From positions 18,242 through 82,241 of the forward strand of contig JAQBVF010000014.1 in NCBI GenBank assembly GCA_027623675.1: a stretch of DNA of 64,000 bases, written 5' to 3'. The notes below the pieces were generated by a model. The model saw only the letters and a list, made by a program, of their open reading frames with translations. It was not told the origin of the DNA and did no database searches. Within the stretch, counting starts at the first letter, position 1; every line of letters begins with the position of its first letter. The stretch is from Chloroflexota bacterium. Its GTDB lineage: Bacteria; Chloroflexota; Dehalococcoidia; Lucifugimonadales; UBA3495. Of the stretch, positions 28,235 through 38,684 are shown in pieces. Position numbers and translations under genes: made by a program.

Positions 28235-28253
28235 TTTGTTGTATTTACGGATT

Positions 28254-29408
28254 TTACCGGAAAAATCCCCGGTTCTTGCCGCCGGTCTGGCGACGCAAGA
28301 AACTGGGCACGTCCAGTTCTTCTTCCGACTGAGGGATCACGTCCTGCAGCAACCGCTCCAGTTCGTCCTCCCGCAGTTGTTGGTTCTCGGCAACCACCGG
28401 GAACGCCGCGGCCACCATGGTGATCTTGACCTCGTCTTCCAGCTTGGGATCTCGGCAGGTGCCGAAGATGATATTGGCGTCGGGGTCGGACAGGTCCTGT
28501 ATCACGTGGGCAGCGTCTTGGACCTCTTTGAGGGTCAAGGTGGGTCCGCCGCTGATGACGAACAGGATGCGGCGGGCGCCGTCCATGGAGATGTCGAGCA
28601 GGGGACTCTTGGTGGCCATCCGGGCTGCGTCCACCGCGCGGTTCTCGCCCTTGCCCCGGCCGATGGCCAGCCAAGCGGGACCGGCATTGTTCAAGATGGT
28701 CCGCACGTCGGCGAAGTCAACGTTGATCTCACCGGGCACGGTCACAACTTCGGCTATGGCTTGGATGCCCTGTTGCAGGACCGAGTCGGCCATCTTCAAG
28801 GCGTCTTCCCAGGTATAGGTATGCTCACCCTGAGAGTTCAGCTGCAGCAAGCGGTCGTTGTCGATCACGATCAGGGTATCGACGTTATCCTTGAGCCTGG
28901 CGATGCCTTCCTCAGCGTTCTTCTTCCGCATGTTGGCTTCGAAGGAGAAAGGCCGGCTGACCACAGCCACGGTCAGGGCTCCGGACTCCTTGGCGATCTG
29001 GGCGATCACCGGAGCGGCTCCCGTTCCCGTTCCGCCGCCCATGCCCACGGCCAGAAATACCATGTCGGCGCCTTCCAGGGATTTCTCAATGTCGTGGCGG
29101 CTCTCTTCGGCCGCTTGCCGGCCCAGGTCCGGGTTGGCGCCGGAGCCCAAGCCTCTGGTCAGGTTTTGGCCGATGGCCAGGCGGTGGGACACGTCACAGC
29201 GGAAAAGGTGCTGTGCGTCCGTATTCACGCTGAAATACTCAACCACAGGCAGCTTATCTTTGAACATTCGACTGACGGCATTGCTTCCGCCTCCGCCCAC
29301 GCCCATCACCTTGATGTTGGGCGAACCGGCGTTTATCTCCTGCACCATGTCGAACGTGTTGTCTGCGTCTCTGCTGGGTTCCCAGGCTGCCGAGTTGTCT
29401 AGTGCCAT
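28254..29408 (-). CDS. ftsZ: Cell division protein FtsZ
   Basis: GVGGGGSNAV, NTDAQ, GMGGGTGTG tubulin signature, INVDFADV, C-terminal LDVPSFLRR. Confidence 0.97.
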   Translation of the reverse strand: MALDNSAAWEPSRDADNTFDMVQEINAGSPNIKVMGVGGGGSNAVSRMFKDKLPVVEYFSVNTDAQHLFRCDVSHRLAIGQNLTRGLGSGANPDLGRQAAEESRHDIEKSLEGADMVFLAVGMGGGTGTGAAPVIAQIAKESGALTVAVVSRPFSFEANMRKKNAEEGIARLKDNVDTLIVIDNDRLLQLNSQGEHTYTWEDALKMADSVLQQGIQAIAEVVTVPGEINVDFADVRTILNNAGPAWLAIGRGKGENRAVDAARMATKSPLLDISMDGARRILFVISGGPTLTLKEVQDAAHVIQDLSDPDANIIFGTCRDPKLEDEVKITMVAAAFPVVAENQQLREDELERLLQDVIPQSEEELDVPSFLRRQTGGKNRGFFR

Positions 29409-29583
29409 TCTAGGGCCTCCACATCTTCATCATCGTTTTGGTATTGGAGCCGTCATCCCGGCTCCCTTTAAGTTTTGTTTGGCTGCTACGAGTCTTGGGT
29501 CCGATCTTACCGGGTCCGTTGTCCGGGTAGAACCCGGAGCGCCGGCGCGAATGTTCGGCGTCGGCGGCTAGGTGGCCGCCGGT

Positions 29584-30840
29584 TCATCTATTTGCTGCTG
29601 CCGAGTTTTTCCTGCCCAACCCCCATCGCCAAGATTTGTTACCCATTATCGATCGGCCTCCGTTCTTTCCGTTCAAGGAAGACCGTGTCTCGCCCTGGTG
29701 CTTGATCCCCCAGAGAAGCAGACCCACAGAGGCTGAGAAGGCCGGTTTCCTGAGCTGTGCCGGCAGTCCGGCGATGCCCTCCGGGTAGGCGATACGGACC
29801 TGTCCACCCAGGGTTTTTTGGACCAATTCCGCCAGCCCGGTCATCTCCGCTCCGCCGCCGGTCAGCACGATACCGGCTGCGGGGAACTCTCTAAGTCCGG
29901 ACTGCCTCACCTTCAATACGATCATCTTGATCAGCTCCATCATCCTGGCGTGCAATGGCTCGCACAGGACCCGGCGGGACAGCGAATGTTTGGGCTGTCC
30001 TTGGAAGCTGGGGATCACCACCTGTTGGTCGGCGGGGATGGATTCGGGCATCACGCTGCCCCATTTGATCTTCATCTCTTCGGTCATGTACATCGGTGTT
30101 TTGAGTGCCACCGACAGGTCACGGGTCAGTTGGCTGCCGCCCACCGGAATCACCGCCGAATACCACGGCTGTCCCTGGCGGTAGATCGCGATGTCGGTAG
30201 TCCCGCCACCGATGTCCACCAGGACCACGCCCATCTCACGTTCGTCGCCGGTAAGAGTAGACTCGGCGGACGCCAAAGAGTGCAGCACCATGCTTTTCAC
30301 CGAAGCCTTGTTGGCCTCGATCACTCTAACCGTGTTCTTCAGCGTGACGGCGTCTCCAATCACAACGTGGGCTTCCACCTCCACCAGGCTGCCGTGAAGT
30401 CCCACTGGATTGCGGATACCGGACATGCCGTCGACGTGGTAGCCGATGGGTATGACGTGCAGCACTTCTTGGCCCGGTCCCACGTCCGGGAAGGAACCGC
30501 GGAGCAAGCGGTCCAACAACTTGCCGGAGATGTCGCCAACGTCGTTGGGGTTGTCCACGATCTCTTTGGTGTTCAGTGAACTCAGATGAGTGCCGGTGAC
30601 GCTGGTGTAAACACCGGTGGAAGCCCCCTTTCCGACGTAGCGCTGGGCCTCTTCCATGGACGACTGGACGGCCTCTCGGACCTCGTCCAGATTCTCGATC
30701 CGTCCCTTCTGCATGCCCTGAGAAGTTACAACTCCGGTACCGAGCACCTTGAGCTCTCCCTCAGTACCCACCCGCGCCATGATGGAGGTAACTTTATCGG
30801 TCCCAATGTCTACCGCGGTATAGAACGTATCTCTTGCCAA
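29584..30840 (-). CDS. ftsA: Cell division protein FtsA
   Basis: VDIGTDKV, VDIGGGTTDI, GIVLTGGGA; directly upstream of ftsZ. Confidence 0.93.
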   Translation of the reverse strand: MARDTFYTAVDIGTDKVTSIMARVGTEGELKVLGTGVVTSQGMQKGRIENLDEVREAVQSSMEEAQRYVGKGASTGVYTSVTGTHLSSLNTKEIVDNPNDVGDISGKLLDRLLRGSFPDVGPGQEVLHVIPIGYHVDGMSGIRNPVGLHGSLVEVEAHVVIGDAVTLKNTVRVIEANKASVKSMVLHSLASAESTLTGDEREMGVVLVDIGGGTTDIAIYRQGQPWYSAVIPVGGSQLTRDLSVALKTPMYMTEEMKIKWGSVMPESIPADQQVVIPSFQGQPKHSLSRRVLCEPLHARMMELIKMIVLKVRQSGLREFPAAGIVLTGGGAEMTGLAELVQKTLGGQVRIAYPEGIAGLPAQLRKPAFSASVGLLLWGIKHQGETRSSLNGKNGGRSIMGNKSWRWGLGRKNSAAANR

Positions 30841-30963
30841 CCTGTCACCTTCCTTATGTTCTCCGGTTGTTCCCGTGTTTGCCCGTTCTGTGTTAGGACT
30901 GGTCTTGCAGTCGCGGCCCTCTCTAACAGGGTCCGCTTATCTCAATATTGATTAGCCTTCCGG

Positions 30964-31950
30964 CTAGATTCTCTCGGCGGTCCGCAACTTGGCGCTGCGG
31001 CTCCGGGGATTGGTTTGGACCTCTGCCTCCGACGGTTTGATAACCCGCCGGTTGATGATCTTTAGCCGCGGCGTCTGGTTGCAGACGCACACCGGCAGGC
31101 TGGGAGGGCAGACGCAGGTGGCCGCCTCTCGATTAAAGAACGATTTGATGATTCGGTCTTCCAAACTGTGATAGCTGATCACCGCCAACCGCCCGCCGGT
31201 GGCGAGCAGCCCGACCGCGGCATCAAGACCCTGCCCGACATTGGTGAGTTCGTCGTTCACGGCGATGCGGAGGGCTTGGAAAGTCTTGGTTGCCGGATTG
31301 ACCCGTTGACCGGGCCGGCGTCCCACTACCGATTCAATGAGGGAAGCCAATTGGCCGGTGGTGGTTACGGGCCGCTGCTTGACGATGGCCCTGGCGATGC
31401 TCATGCCACGGGGTTCTTCCCCGTAACGCCGTATGAGCTGGCCAAGCTCGCGTTCCTCGTAGGTGTTCACTATCTCTTCGGCGGTGATATCGCCGTCCGG
31501 GTCGTAGCGCATGTCCAGCGGCTCGTCGGTCTGAAAACTCAGACCGTAGCCAGGGAGTTCGACCTGTCGGGATGAGAAACCCAGGTCTAAAAGTACTCCA
31601 TCCACACTGGACATCCCGTTTTCTTCGGCCAGGGAGGCCATATCCGAGTAGTTGCCGGAGACGGGAACGAAACGGCTGCCGAACTCGGCCAGCCGCAACT
31701 GGGCCGTCGCCAAAGAGCGCCGGTCCCGGTCGATCCCTAATACGGACCTGACCGGGGGTTCGGACAGGAGGATGGCCTGGGAGTGGCCGCCCTCTCCGGC
31801 GGTCCCATCGACGTACACGCCGTTCTCTCGCAGCATCAATGCGCTCAGGGATTCAGCCAGAAGCACCGGAAGGTGGGTTATGTGTCCCTGGTCTCCGGTT
31901 TGGAAGAGGTCTAATTTATGGCTGCCGGAATGATTCATGGTCAGGCCCAT
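30964..31950 (-). CDS. rsmH: 16S rRNA m4C1402 methyltransferase
   Basis: HLPVLL, DGTAGEGGHS, DLGFSS, PLDMR, FQALRIAVNDEL, ISYHSLEDR, NPRSRSAKLR. Start uncertain (31938-32034). Confidence 0.95.
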   Translation of the reverse strand: MGLTMNHSGSHKLDLFQTGDQGHITHLPVLLAESLSALMLRENGVYVDGTAGEGGHSQAILLSEPPVRSVLGIDRDRRSLATAQLRLAEFGSRFVPVSGNYSDMASLAEENGMSSVDGVLLDLGFSSRQVELPGYGLSFQTDEPLDMRYDPDGDITAEEIVNTYEERELGQLIRRYGEEPRGMSIARAIVKQRPVTTTGQLASLIESVVGRRPGQRVNPATKTFQALRIAVNDELTNVGQGLDAAVGLLATGGRLAVISYHSLEDRIIKSFFNREAATCVCPPSLPVCVCNQTPRLKIINRRVIKPSEAEVQTNPRSRSAKLRTAERI

Positions 31951-32544
31951 ATGCCCCGTTTGCCAAGCGAATGACGTCCCACCGGTTTCGGTGGTTCTTT
32001 CCCCAACGGTTCTAATTTGAGTTGCCAGCGTCACCCGCCGCTCCCATTCGCTGTAATTACCACAGCGCCCACATCACTTCTATTGACAACTGCCCGTTGC
32101 ATCATCCGGCCGGGGCGAGGATGCTTTTAACTGGGGGATTCCGGCAAAACTCTCGCCAACAACCCAAGCACACCGCGGGATATTCCCCGGGAATCCTGCT
32201 GCCCGGCGTCCCGATCGCCGATCGGGGTGCACCTGAGATTAACAACTGATGGACATAATGGTCAATGGAATTTGGGTGCAATTTTAGTAATTTCTTAGAC
32301 TTATGTTAATTTTGGTCTAAATATAAGAAATGTCCAAAGCGGGGCGGCCGATCTATCACCGGGTTCGGGCCTTTTTGGGGCCGTCTATGCCCTGCCTTAT
32401 CGGACGGTTGCCGGCCTGATAATCAAATGCTCAGCCAGGCCGGGCCGGGCGAACAGGCACAACCATCAGGAAATAACCGGGTAGGCAGCCCGCTATCAGG
32501 CGTCATCCAGTCCGCCGAATCGGGATGGGATTAACGCTCAGGTA

Positions 32545-32553
32545 TGCTATAAT
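32545..32553 (+). promoter_or_regulatory. Extended -10 promoter element for tig-clpP-clpX
   Basis: TGCTATAAT about 120 nt upstream of tig. Confidence 0.6.
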
Positions 32554-32675
32554 CGTGTCTACCCGAACACGCCGCCGGGCCACTCTTGCGCCCGCAGTTT
32601 GGGATGCCCATTTCCCGGCTGTTGTTTCAGCCCCAATTTGTTCCAGCTCAGGCTACGAAACGGAGAGAAGAGTCG

Positions 32676-34079
32676 TTGAACGTAACAAGGGACACAGTTA
32701 CAAACACTGAGGTCACCCTCACGATTTCCATGGATGCCGAAGATGAGGAGCCGTTCCTCAACCGTTCCTATAGAAGGGTGGCAAGCCGCGTCCGCATCCC
32801 CGGGTTCCGCCCCGGCAAAGCCCCCCGGTCGATCGTTGAAAGTCACATGGGCCGGGAAGCGCTGGTCCACGAGGCCTTGGAATTCATGATTCCCGAGTCC
32901 CTGGACAAGGTCTTGAAAGATGAAGACATCCAGGCGTTCATGGAACCGCGGCTAGAAGTGATTGACATGGCTCCCGTATCATTCAAAGCGGTGGTGCCGT
33001 TGGAGCCCATCGTGGAGCTGGGGGAGTTCCAGTCGATCCGCTTGGACAAGGAAGAGGTGGAAGTCACCGACGAGCAGGTCGAACACGTTCTCGAGGACTT
33101 GCGATTCGAGTCCGCCCCCTGGGAGCCAGTGGACCGCCCGGTCGCATTTGGCGATCTGGTGACCTTGAACGTTAAGGGGAACATCGGCGGGGAACAGGCT
33201 ATCGAGGATGAAGGCATCGACTTCATTCCCCAGGAGGACAACAATCTGCCTCTGCCCGGCTTCTCCGCCAACCTTGAAGGCATGTCCGAGGGCGAGTCCA
33301 AGGAATTCACCCTGAACGTCCCCGACGACTACCCGCAGCAAGAGTACGCCGGGAAGGAATGCCGGTTCGATGTTGACGTGATCTCCATCAAAGCCAAGAG
33401 CCTTCCGGAACTGGACGACGAATTTGCCAAGGGGGTCCGGGAGGGTTTTGAAAGCCTGGAGGCCCTTTCGAATCACGTCCGGCAGCGTCTTCACGACGAG
33501 GCTGAAGCCGCCGCCAATCGCCGCATGGAGCAGTCCAGCCTTGACGAGATCAAGAAACTGGCTAAAATCCAGGCCTCAGAACTGGTCTACGAGCGTGAAT
33601 TGGATCTAATGTACGAGGAGCGTGAACGTGCCCTGCGCAACCAGCGTATGGACATGGAACTCTACCTTAGTTACATGGGCCAGACCGCCGAGGAACTAAG
33701 GGAGCAGATGAAGCCTCAAGCTGAAGACCGCTTGAACACCATGCTGCTCCTCCGGAAATTGGCCGACGTCGAAGAGATTGAGGTCTCCGATGAGGAAGTT
33801 CAGGCAGAGATCGACAATCTGATCGCCTCCAACGGGGGTGATTCGGAAGATTCCACCATGAGGCAGGCCCTCAGCACCCAGAACGCGCTGGACTCGATCA
33901 GGTCCGGCCTGCTGAACCGGAAGATCATGGCCCGGCTGGTTGAGATAACCCAAGGGAAGGCGTCCGCCGCCCCAGCCGCCGAAGCCCCAACTGAATCCTC
34001 AATCGAAGAACCCCAAGCGGATACGGATAACGAAGCCCAGCCGGAAGATGAATCAACACCGGCAGAAGATGCCACTTAG
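32676..34079 (+). CDS. tig: Trigger factor
   Basis: [10 protein letters not shown] ribosome-binding signature, FKBP-like middle region, [11 protein letters not shown] start after GGAGAG. Confidence 0.93.
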   Translation: MNVTRDTVTNTEVTLTISMDAEDEEPFLNRSYRRVASRVRIPGFRPGKAPRSIVESHMGREALVHEALEFMIPESLDKVLKDEDIQAFMEPRLEVIDMAPVSFKAVVPLEPIVELGEFQSIRLDKEEVEVTDEQVEHVLEDLRFESAPWEPVDRPVAFGDLVTLNVKGNIGGEQAIEDEGIDFIPQEDNNLPLPGFSANLEGMSEGESKEFTLNVPDDYPQQEYAGKECRFDVDVISIKAKSLPELDDEFAKGVREGFESLEALSNHVRQRLHDEAEAAANRRMEQSSLDEIKKLAKIQASELVYERELDLMYEERERALRNQRMDMELYLSYMGQTAEELREQMKPQAEDRLNTMLLLRKLADVEEIEVSDEEVQAEIDNLIASNGGDSEDSTMRQALSTQNALDSIRSGLLNRKIMARLVEITQGKASAAPAAEAPTESSIEEPQADTDNEAQPEDESTPAEDAT

Positions 34080-34123
34080 TTAAAGATCCGAGTGTTAAAG
34101 AACCGAGTAAGGAGCGCACCTCG

Positions 34124-34762
34124 ATGCAACAAGTCCCAAATTCCAACGGATTATTCACCCCGCAAAACATCGTCCCCATGGTCATCGAAACCAGCCCAAG
34201 GGGCGAGCGGGCTTTCGACATATATTCTCTGCTGTTGAAAGAGCGAATCATCTTCTTAGGCACCCCGATCAACGACCAGGTTGCCAACGTCATCATCGCC
34301 CAGCTGTTGTTCCTTGAGCGGGAGGACCCGGACAAGGGCATCAACCTGTACATCAATAGTCCTGGCGGCGTGATCAGCGCCGGCCTGGCCATCTACGACA
34401 CCATGCACTTGATCAAGCCAGAGGTCTCCACCATCTGCATCGGCATGGCGGCGAGCATGGCGACCATCCTGCTTTCGGGCGGCCAAAAGGGCAAGCGCTA
34501 CGTGCTGCCCAACTCCACCGTTCACATGCACCAGCCATTGGGCGGCGCCCAAGGTCAGGCATCCGACATCGAGATCGCGGCCCGGGAGATCATCCGGCTG
34601 CAAGACAAGATTCGGACCATGCTCTCCGAGAACACGGGACAGACCTACGACAAGATTGCCCGGGATACCGACCGCGACTACTACCTGACTGCCGAACAGG
34701 CGTTGGAATATTCATTGGTGGACGAGATACTTGGCTCCAAAGCTGAGGAAGACGAGTCATAA
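34124..34762 (+). CDS. clpP: ATP-dependent Clp protease proteolytic subunit
   Basis: [33 protein letters not shown] catalytic triad motifs. Confidence 0.97.
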   Translation: MQQVPNSNGLFTPQNIVPMVIETSPRGERAFDIYSLLLKERIIFLGTPINDQVANVIIAQLLFLEREDPDKGINLYINSPGGVISAGLAIYDTMHLIKPEVSTICIGMAASMATILLSGGQKGKRYVLPNSTVHMHQPLGGAQGQASDIEIAAREIIRLQDKIRTMLSENTGQTYDKIARDTDRDYYLTAEQALEYSLVDEILGSKAEEDES

Positions 34763-34799
34763 GCGATTCCGATTTTAAATCTGGCGTAGGTTTCGAGGG

Positions 34800-36101
34800 G
34801 TGAGTGTGGCTAACGGTAGGGGCGGAACCAGGCTTCCCAGATGTTCGTTCTGCGAGAAGGCCCAACCCCAGTCGGACATGGTTGTCGCTGGGAAGGGGGC
34901 CGCTGCGGTCTGTTATGACTGCATCAGGGTCTTGGGGCAGGTGGTGGAAGAGGAGACTCCGGCCATCGCCACGAAATACTTACCCGCCAGGCCCTTGGCT
35001 CCGCGGGAGATCTACGCCCACCTGGACACCTATGTGGTCGGACAGGAGAAGGCCAAGAAAGTCCTAAGCGTGGCGGTCTACAACCACTTCAAGCGGATCT
35101 GGAACGGTCACCAGCGTTCCGATTCGGAAGTGGAACTCCAGAAGAGCAATATCCTGCTGGTTGGCCCCACCGGCTGCGGCAAGACCCTCTTGGCTGAGAC
35201 CCTGGCACGCACCCTCGACGTGCCTTTCGCCGTCTGCGACGCCACTTCCCTCACCGAGTCGGGATACGTCGGCGAGGACGTGGAAAACATTCTGCTCAGG
35301 CTGATCCAGGCCGCCGATTGGGACGTCACACGGGCCGAACACGGCATCATCTACATCGACGAGCTGGACAAGATCGCCCGCAAAGAGGGCCTGAACCGGT
35401 CCATCACCCGTGACGTGTCCGGCGAGGGCGTGCAGCAAGAGCTATTGAAGATTGTGGAGGGCTGCGTCGCCAACGTCCCGCCCCAGGGCGGCCGGAAGCA
35501 TCCGCATCAAGAATTCCTACAGATCGACACCCGCCACATCCTGTTTATCTGCGGCGGCGCCTTCGACGGACTGGAAGAGATCGTCGCCAAACGCCTGGGT
35601 TCCGGAGGGCCGCAATTGGGCTTTCTGGCCGGGGGGCGGAACGGCAAGGCACCCCATGGCAGCGGCCTGACTCAGGTGATTCCCGAAGACCTCTTGGAGT
35701 TTGGGTTCATCCCAGAGATGGTCGGACGACTGCCCGTCACCGTGGGATTGGAATCTCTGGACAAAGCCTCTTTGATCCGAGTGCTAACCGAGCCAAAGAA
35801 CGCCATCGTCAAGCAGTACGAGCAATTGTTCAGTATGGACGGAGTGGAATTGGAGTTCACTCCCCAAGCGCTAGAAGCCGCCGCGGAGCGCGCTCTGGAA
35901 CAACAGACCGGCGCTCGATGCCTGCGGTATGTTATCGAAGACACCCTGTTGGACGTGATGTACGACCTGCCATCGCTAGACGATGTGGTCCGGTGCGTGG
36001 TGGACCGTGAAGCGATAGAAGGCAGCAGGCCGCCCGAATTGTTCGACGACAACGACAACACTGTCGAGCTGCCGGCGCATCCGTTCAAGAAGTCCGCCTA
36101 G
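34800..36101 (+). CDS. clpX: ATP-dependent Clp protease ATPase subunit
   Basis: CSFC/CYDC zinc finger, [32 protein letters not shown]. Confidence 0.96.
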   Translation: MSVANGRGGTRLPRCSFCEKAQPQSDMVVAGKGAAAVCYDCIRVLGQVVEEETPAIATKYLPARPLAPREIYAHLDTYVVGQEKAKKVLSVAVYNHFKRIWNGHQRSDSEVELQKSNILLVGPTGCGKTLLAETLARTLDVPFAVCDATSLTESGYVGEDVENILLRLIQAADWDVTRAEHGIIYIDELDKIARKEGLNRSITRDVSGEGVQQELLKIVEGCVANVPPQGGRKHPHQEFLQIDTRHILFICGGAFDGLEEIVAKRLGSGGPQLGFLAGGRNGKAPHGSGLTQVIPEDLLEFGFIPEMVGRLPVTVGLESLDKASLIRVLTEPKNAIVKQYEQLFSMDGVELEFTPQALEAAAERALEQQTGARCLRYVIEDTLLDVMYDLPSLDDVVRCVVDREAIEGSRPPELFDDNDNTVELPAHPFKKSA

Positions 36102-36175
36102 CCCTACACCGCGCTCTCGATTCCGACAGCCGTGGTTGCCGCGTAGTTCCAAGTTCCCATTAATTAGTCACACGC

Positions 36176-36982
36176 CTATGACATGGCTTCAGCGATCTGA
36201 CGGTCAAGGCATAGTCCGTGAGGCATGGACCGGGACAGCGGCGCTCCGGAAGTATCGAGGACCTGCCCGCCTTCGACAGAAACCTCACCTTGGCTCACGG
36301 CCCGCAGCGTCTCAAAAAGCAGATATGGCTCTCTCAGGTACTGTTCCCTGCGGATCGCTTGAAACAGCGGGAAATTCTCTCCCTCGGTCTCCTTTAATCC
36401 GGCCAGGTCTTGGTCTTGGAACGACTCCCATAGCTGGTCAAAACCGGGTCCGGTAATCGGGACCGTCACGTAGGAGATGACCGGTCCCCGGTCCACCTCT
36501 TCCGTGGCCAGGTGCACCATCGCCCCGGTCTTGGCGGCCCTGGTTTCAATCAAGCTCCAGACGACCTCTTGCCAGGTTCCGGTGGGGCCGTCGGGAAGGG
36601 CGGGGTGCAGGTTGAGCAGGGGATACTTGCGGCACAACTCGCCGCTGACTATCAGCATGTATCCGGCCAGCACGCAGATGTCCACGCCGGTCCCAGCCAA
36701 CTTTTCCATGACCTGCCGGTCGAACTCATCGCGGTGTGCTGAGAACCTGCCGCCCGCAGCCTTGCGGAAAGCCGATGACGAATGGGTGATGAGGGGGATG
36801 CCGTAGCCGTCCACCAGCTTGAAAAACGCGTCCGAACCCTCGGCTTCGCCCCGTTCCCGGTTGCTGAAAACAAAGTCTATGCGGGCGTCGGCGCCGGTCT
36901 CAACCAAGCGCTCCTGCACGAAACTGAGAAGCCCCCGAGAACCTTCCCCCCGGCCGGTGGAGAACCACCCGATACTCAACAT
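36176..36982 (-). CDS. purN: Phosphoribosylglycinamide formyltransferase-like protein
   Basis: STGRG, VFSNR, LAGYM, LNLHPAL, GAMVH...VDRGPVI. Confidence 0.82.
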   Translation of the reverse strand: MLSIGWFSTGRGEGSRGLLSFVQERLVETGADARIDFVFSNRERGEAEGSDAFFKLVDGYGIPLITHSSSAFRKAAGGRFSAHRDEFDRQVMEKLAGTGVDICVLAGYMLIVSGELCRKYPLLNLHPALPDGPTGTWQEVVWSLIETRAAKTGAMVHLATEEVDRGPVISYVTVPITGPGFDQLWESFQDQDLAGLKETEGENFPLFQAIRREQYLREPYLLFETLRAVSQGEVSVEGGQVLDTSGAPLSRSMPHGLCLDRQIAEAMS

Positions 36983-37030
36983 CCTTAGGTCAACACCTCT
37001 CCCAACACATTCACCGAGCCTCGGTTCTTC

Positions 37031-37309
37031 CTAATCCTCATCCATATCGTCCGGGTCGTCAAACCCGTTCTGCGCGCTATCTGAACGGAAGGACTCCTTC
37101 AGTTCGGTGATCTTCAGTTCGGCGTTATTCAAAAGCTCGTTGCAGTGCTTCACCAACTCCATCCCCTCTTCAAAACGGGAGGTGGCCTCGGCCAATGTCA
37201 GGCCGCCCGCCTCCAGTTGATCGGCCATCTCACTCAGGCGGTGAAATGAGTCTTCAAAACTGACTTGCTCGGCATCAGGATCGGGCGTGGGCTTCCGGGG
37301 TCTGGCCAT
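37031..37309 (-). CDS. xseB: Exodeoxyribonuclease VII small subunit
   Basis: SFEDSFHRL...LEAGGLTLAEA...FEEGMELVKHC...AELKI. Confidence 0.9.
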   Translation of the reverse strand: MARPRKPTPDPDAEQVSFEDSFHRLSEMADQLEAGGLTLAEATSRFEEGMELVKHCNELLNNAELKITELKESFRSDSAQNGFDDPDDMDED

Positions 37310-37400
37310 GGGTTGGACTCCTGCAGGGCGGTTTTCCAGAGACGACTTCCCCGCGGCACAAGCATGCCAGCAGAGCGCGGAAACCGCAAGGGGGTGGACG

Positions 37401-38681
37401 CTACAAAAGCGGGGCCATCCCGTTCGGCTGGGCCGGCTTGGCCTTCGGTTTGGGTTGGCTTTCTCGGGGCGAGGCCGCTTTGGCCGAAGACGCTGAGTCG
37501 GGACCGGACCCTGCCACTGCCCGGACTGCGCCATCGGTCACGGTAATCTCCAGCGCGTCGCCGTTCGAGACCTGTTTAACGCTGGAAACCACCAGCCCAG
37601 TGGCGGGAAGCTGCACTATGGAGAAGCCCCGGCCCAACGTGGCCACCGGGTCCAAGGCTCGCAGCCGGTGGCTGATTCCTTCGACCTGGACCTTGTTCTC
37701 GCGGAGCAGTCTTAACGACGCCGACGCCAATACCTGCCCCCGATCATCGACTCGCCGACGCAGGTCTTGGGTGTCGGGCAGGCCCCGTTCCATGCGGCGC
37801 CGGACCTCCAACAGGTCGGAACGGCCGCGCGAGGTCTGGTCCATCAAAACTCGAAATAGCAGTGACGCGGCAACATCGAGGTCCCGCCGGAGCACATAGG
37901 CGTCGGGCACTACCAACTCGGCGGCCGCTGAGGGGGTCGGCGCCCGAACGTCGGCCACATAGTCGGCGATGGTCTCATCAGTCTCATGGCCCACGGCGCT
38001 GACCACTGGCGTTTTGCAGGCATAGATGGCCCTGGCCACAACCTCTTCGTTGAAGGGCCACAGGTCCTCGAGGGACCCGCCGCCGCGCCCAACGATTATC
38101 ACGTCGCAGCCGCCCTCCCGGTCCAGCAATTCCAGGGCCGCGGCAATCTTGGGCGCCGCCTCCGCCCCCTGGACGATGGTTGGCGAAAGGACGAGTTCAG
38201 CCAAAGGATACCGGCGGGCCATGACGTTCTGAATGTCGTGAAACACAGCGCCGGTGGGCGACGTCACCACACCGACTTTCTTGGGGAACTTGGGCAGTTG
38301 CCGTTTGCGGCTCGTCTCGAATAGACCCTCAGCGGCCAATTTCTGCTTGAGCCGCTCCAACTCCAATGCTAGTTCCCCCGCACCTTCGGGCATCGCTATG
38401 TCGACATTGAAGTCGGTGGTGCCCCGCGGGGTGTAGAAAGTTATGCGGCCATGTACCGAGACCGAAGCGCCTTCTTCGAGCAGGTTAACGCCGTGTTGGT
38501 TGCGGAACATGACGCAACGCAGCAGGCTTTCACGGTCTTTGAGGCTGAAATAGCGGTGGCCTGCGGACGAGGCAGTTAGTCCGGAAACCTCCCCAACGAT
38601 CCACAGATCGGTCAACAAAGGGTCGGATTCCAGCGACTCCTTGATGTGTGAAGAAACCTGGCTAACGGTGTAGACAGCCAC
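37401..38681 (-). CDS. xseA: Exodeoxyribonuclease VII large subunit
   Basis: GHRYFSLKD, VTSPTGA, RGGGSLEDLWPFN, AVGHETD, APTPSAAAE. Confidence 0.96.
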   Translation of the reverse strand: MAVYTVSQVSSHIKESLESDPLLTDLWIVGEVSGLTASSAGHRYFSLKDRESLLRCVMFRNQHGVNLLEEGASVSVHGRITFYTPRGTTDFNVDIAMPEGAGELALELERLKQKLAAEGLFETSRKRQLPKFPKKVGVVTSPTGAVFHDIQNVMARRYPLAELVLSPTIVQGAEAAPKIAAALELLDREGGCDVIIVGRGGGSLEDLWPFNEEVVARAIYACKTPVVSAVGHETDETIADYVADVRAPTPSAAAELVVPDAYVLRRDLDVAASLLFRVLMDQTSRGRSDLLEVRRRMERGLPDTQDLRRRVDDRGQVLASASLRLLRENKVQVEGISHRLRALDPVATLGRGFSIVQLPATGLVVSSVKQVSNGDALEITVTDGAVRAVAGSGPDSASSAKAASPRESQPKPKAKPAQPNGMAPLL

Positions 38682-38684
38682 GGC

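Noticed and set aside
32040..32080. MraZ-binding GTGG repeats upstream of rsmH
   Set aside because: Only two clear units, 9 bp apart rather than three at 10 bp, and no mraZ gene nearby.
32284..32311. dif site (TTATGTTAAT resembles the XerD arm)
   Set aside because: No XerC arm ending in ATAA/AGAA at 6-bp spacing; the same holds for TTATGTTAAC at 28203.
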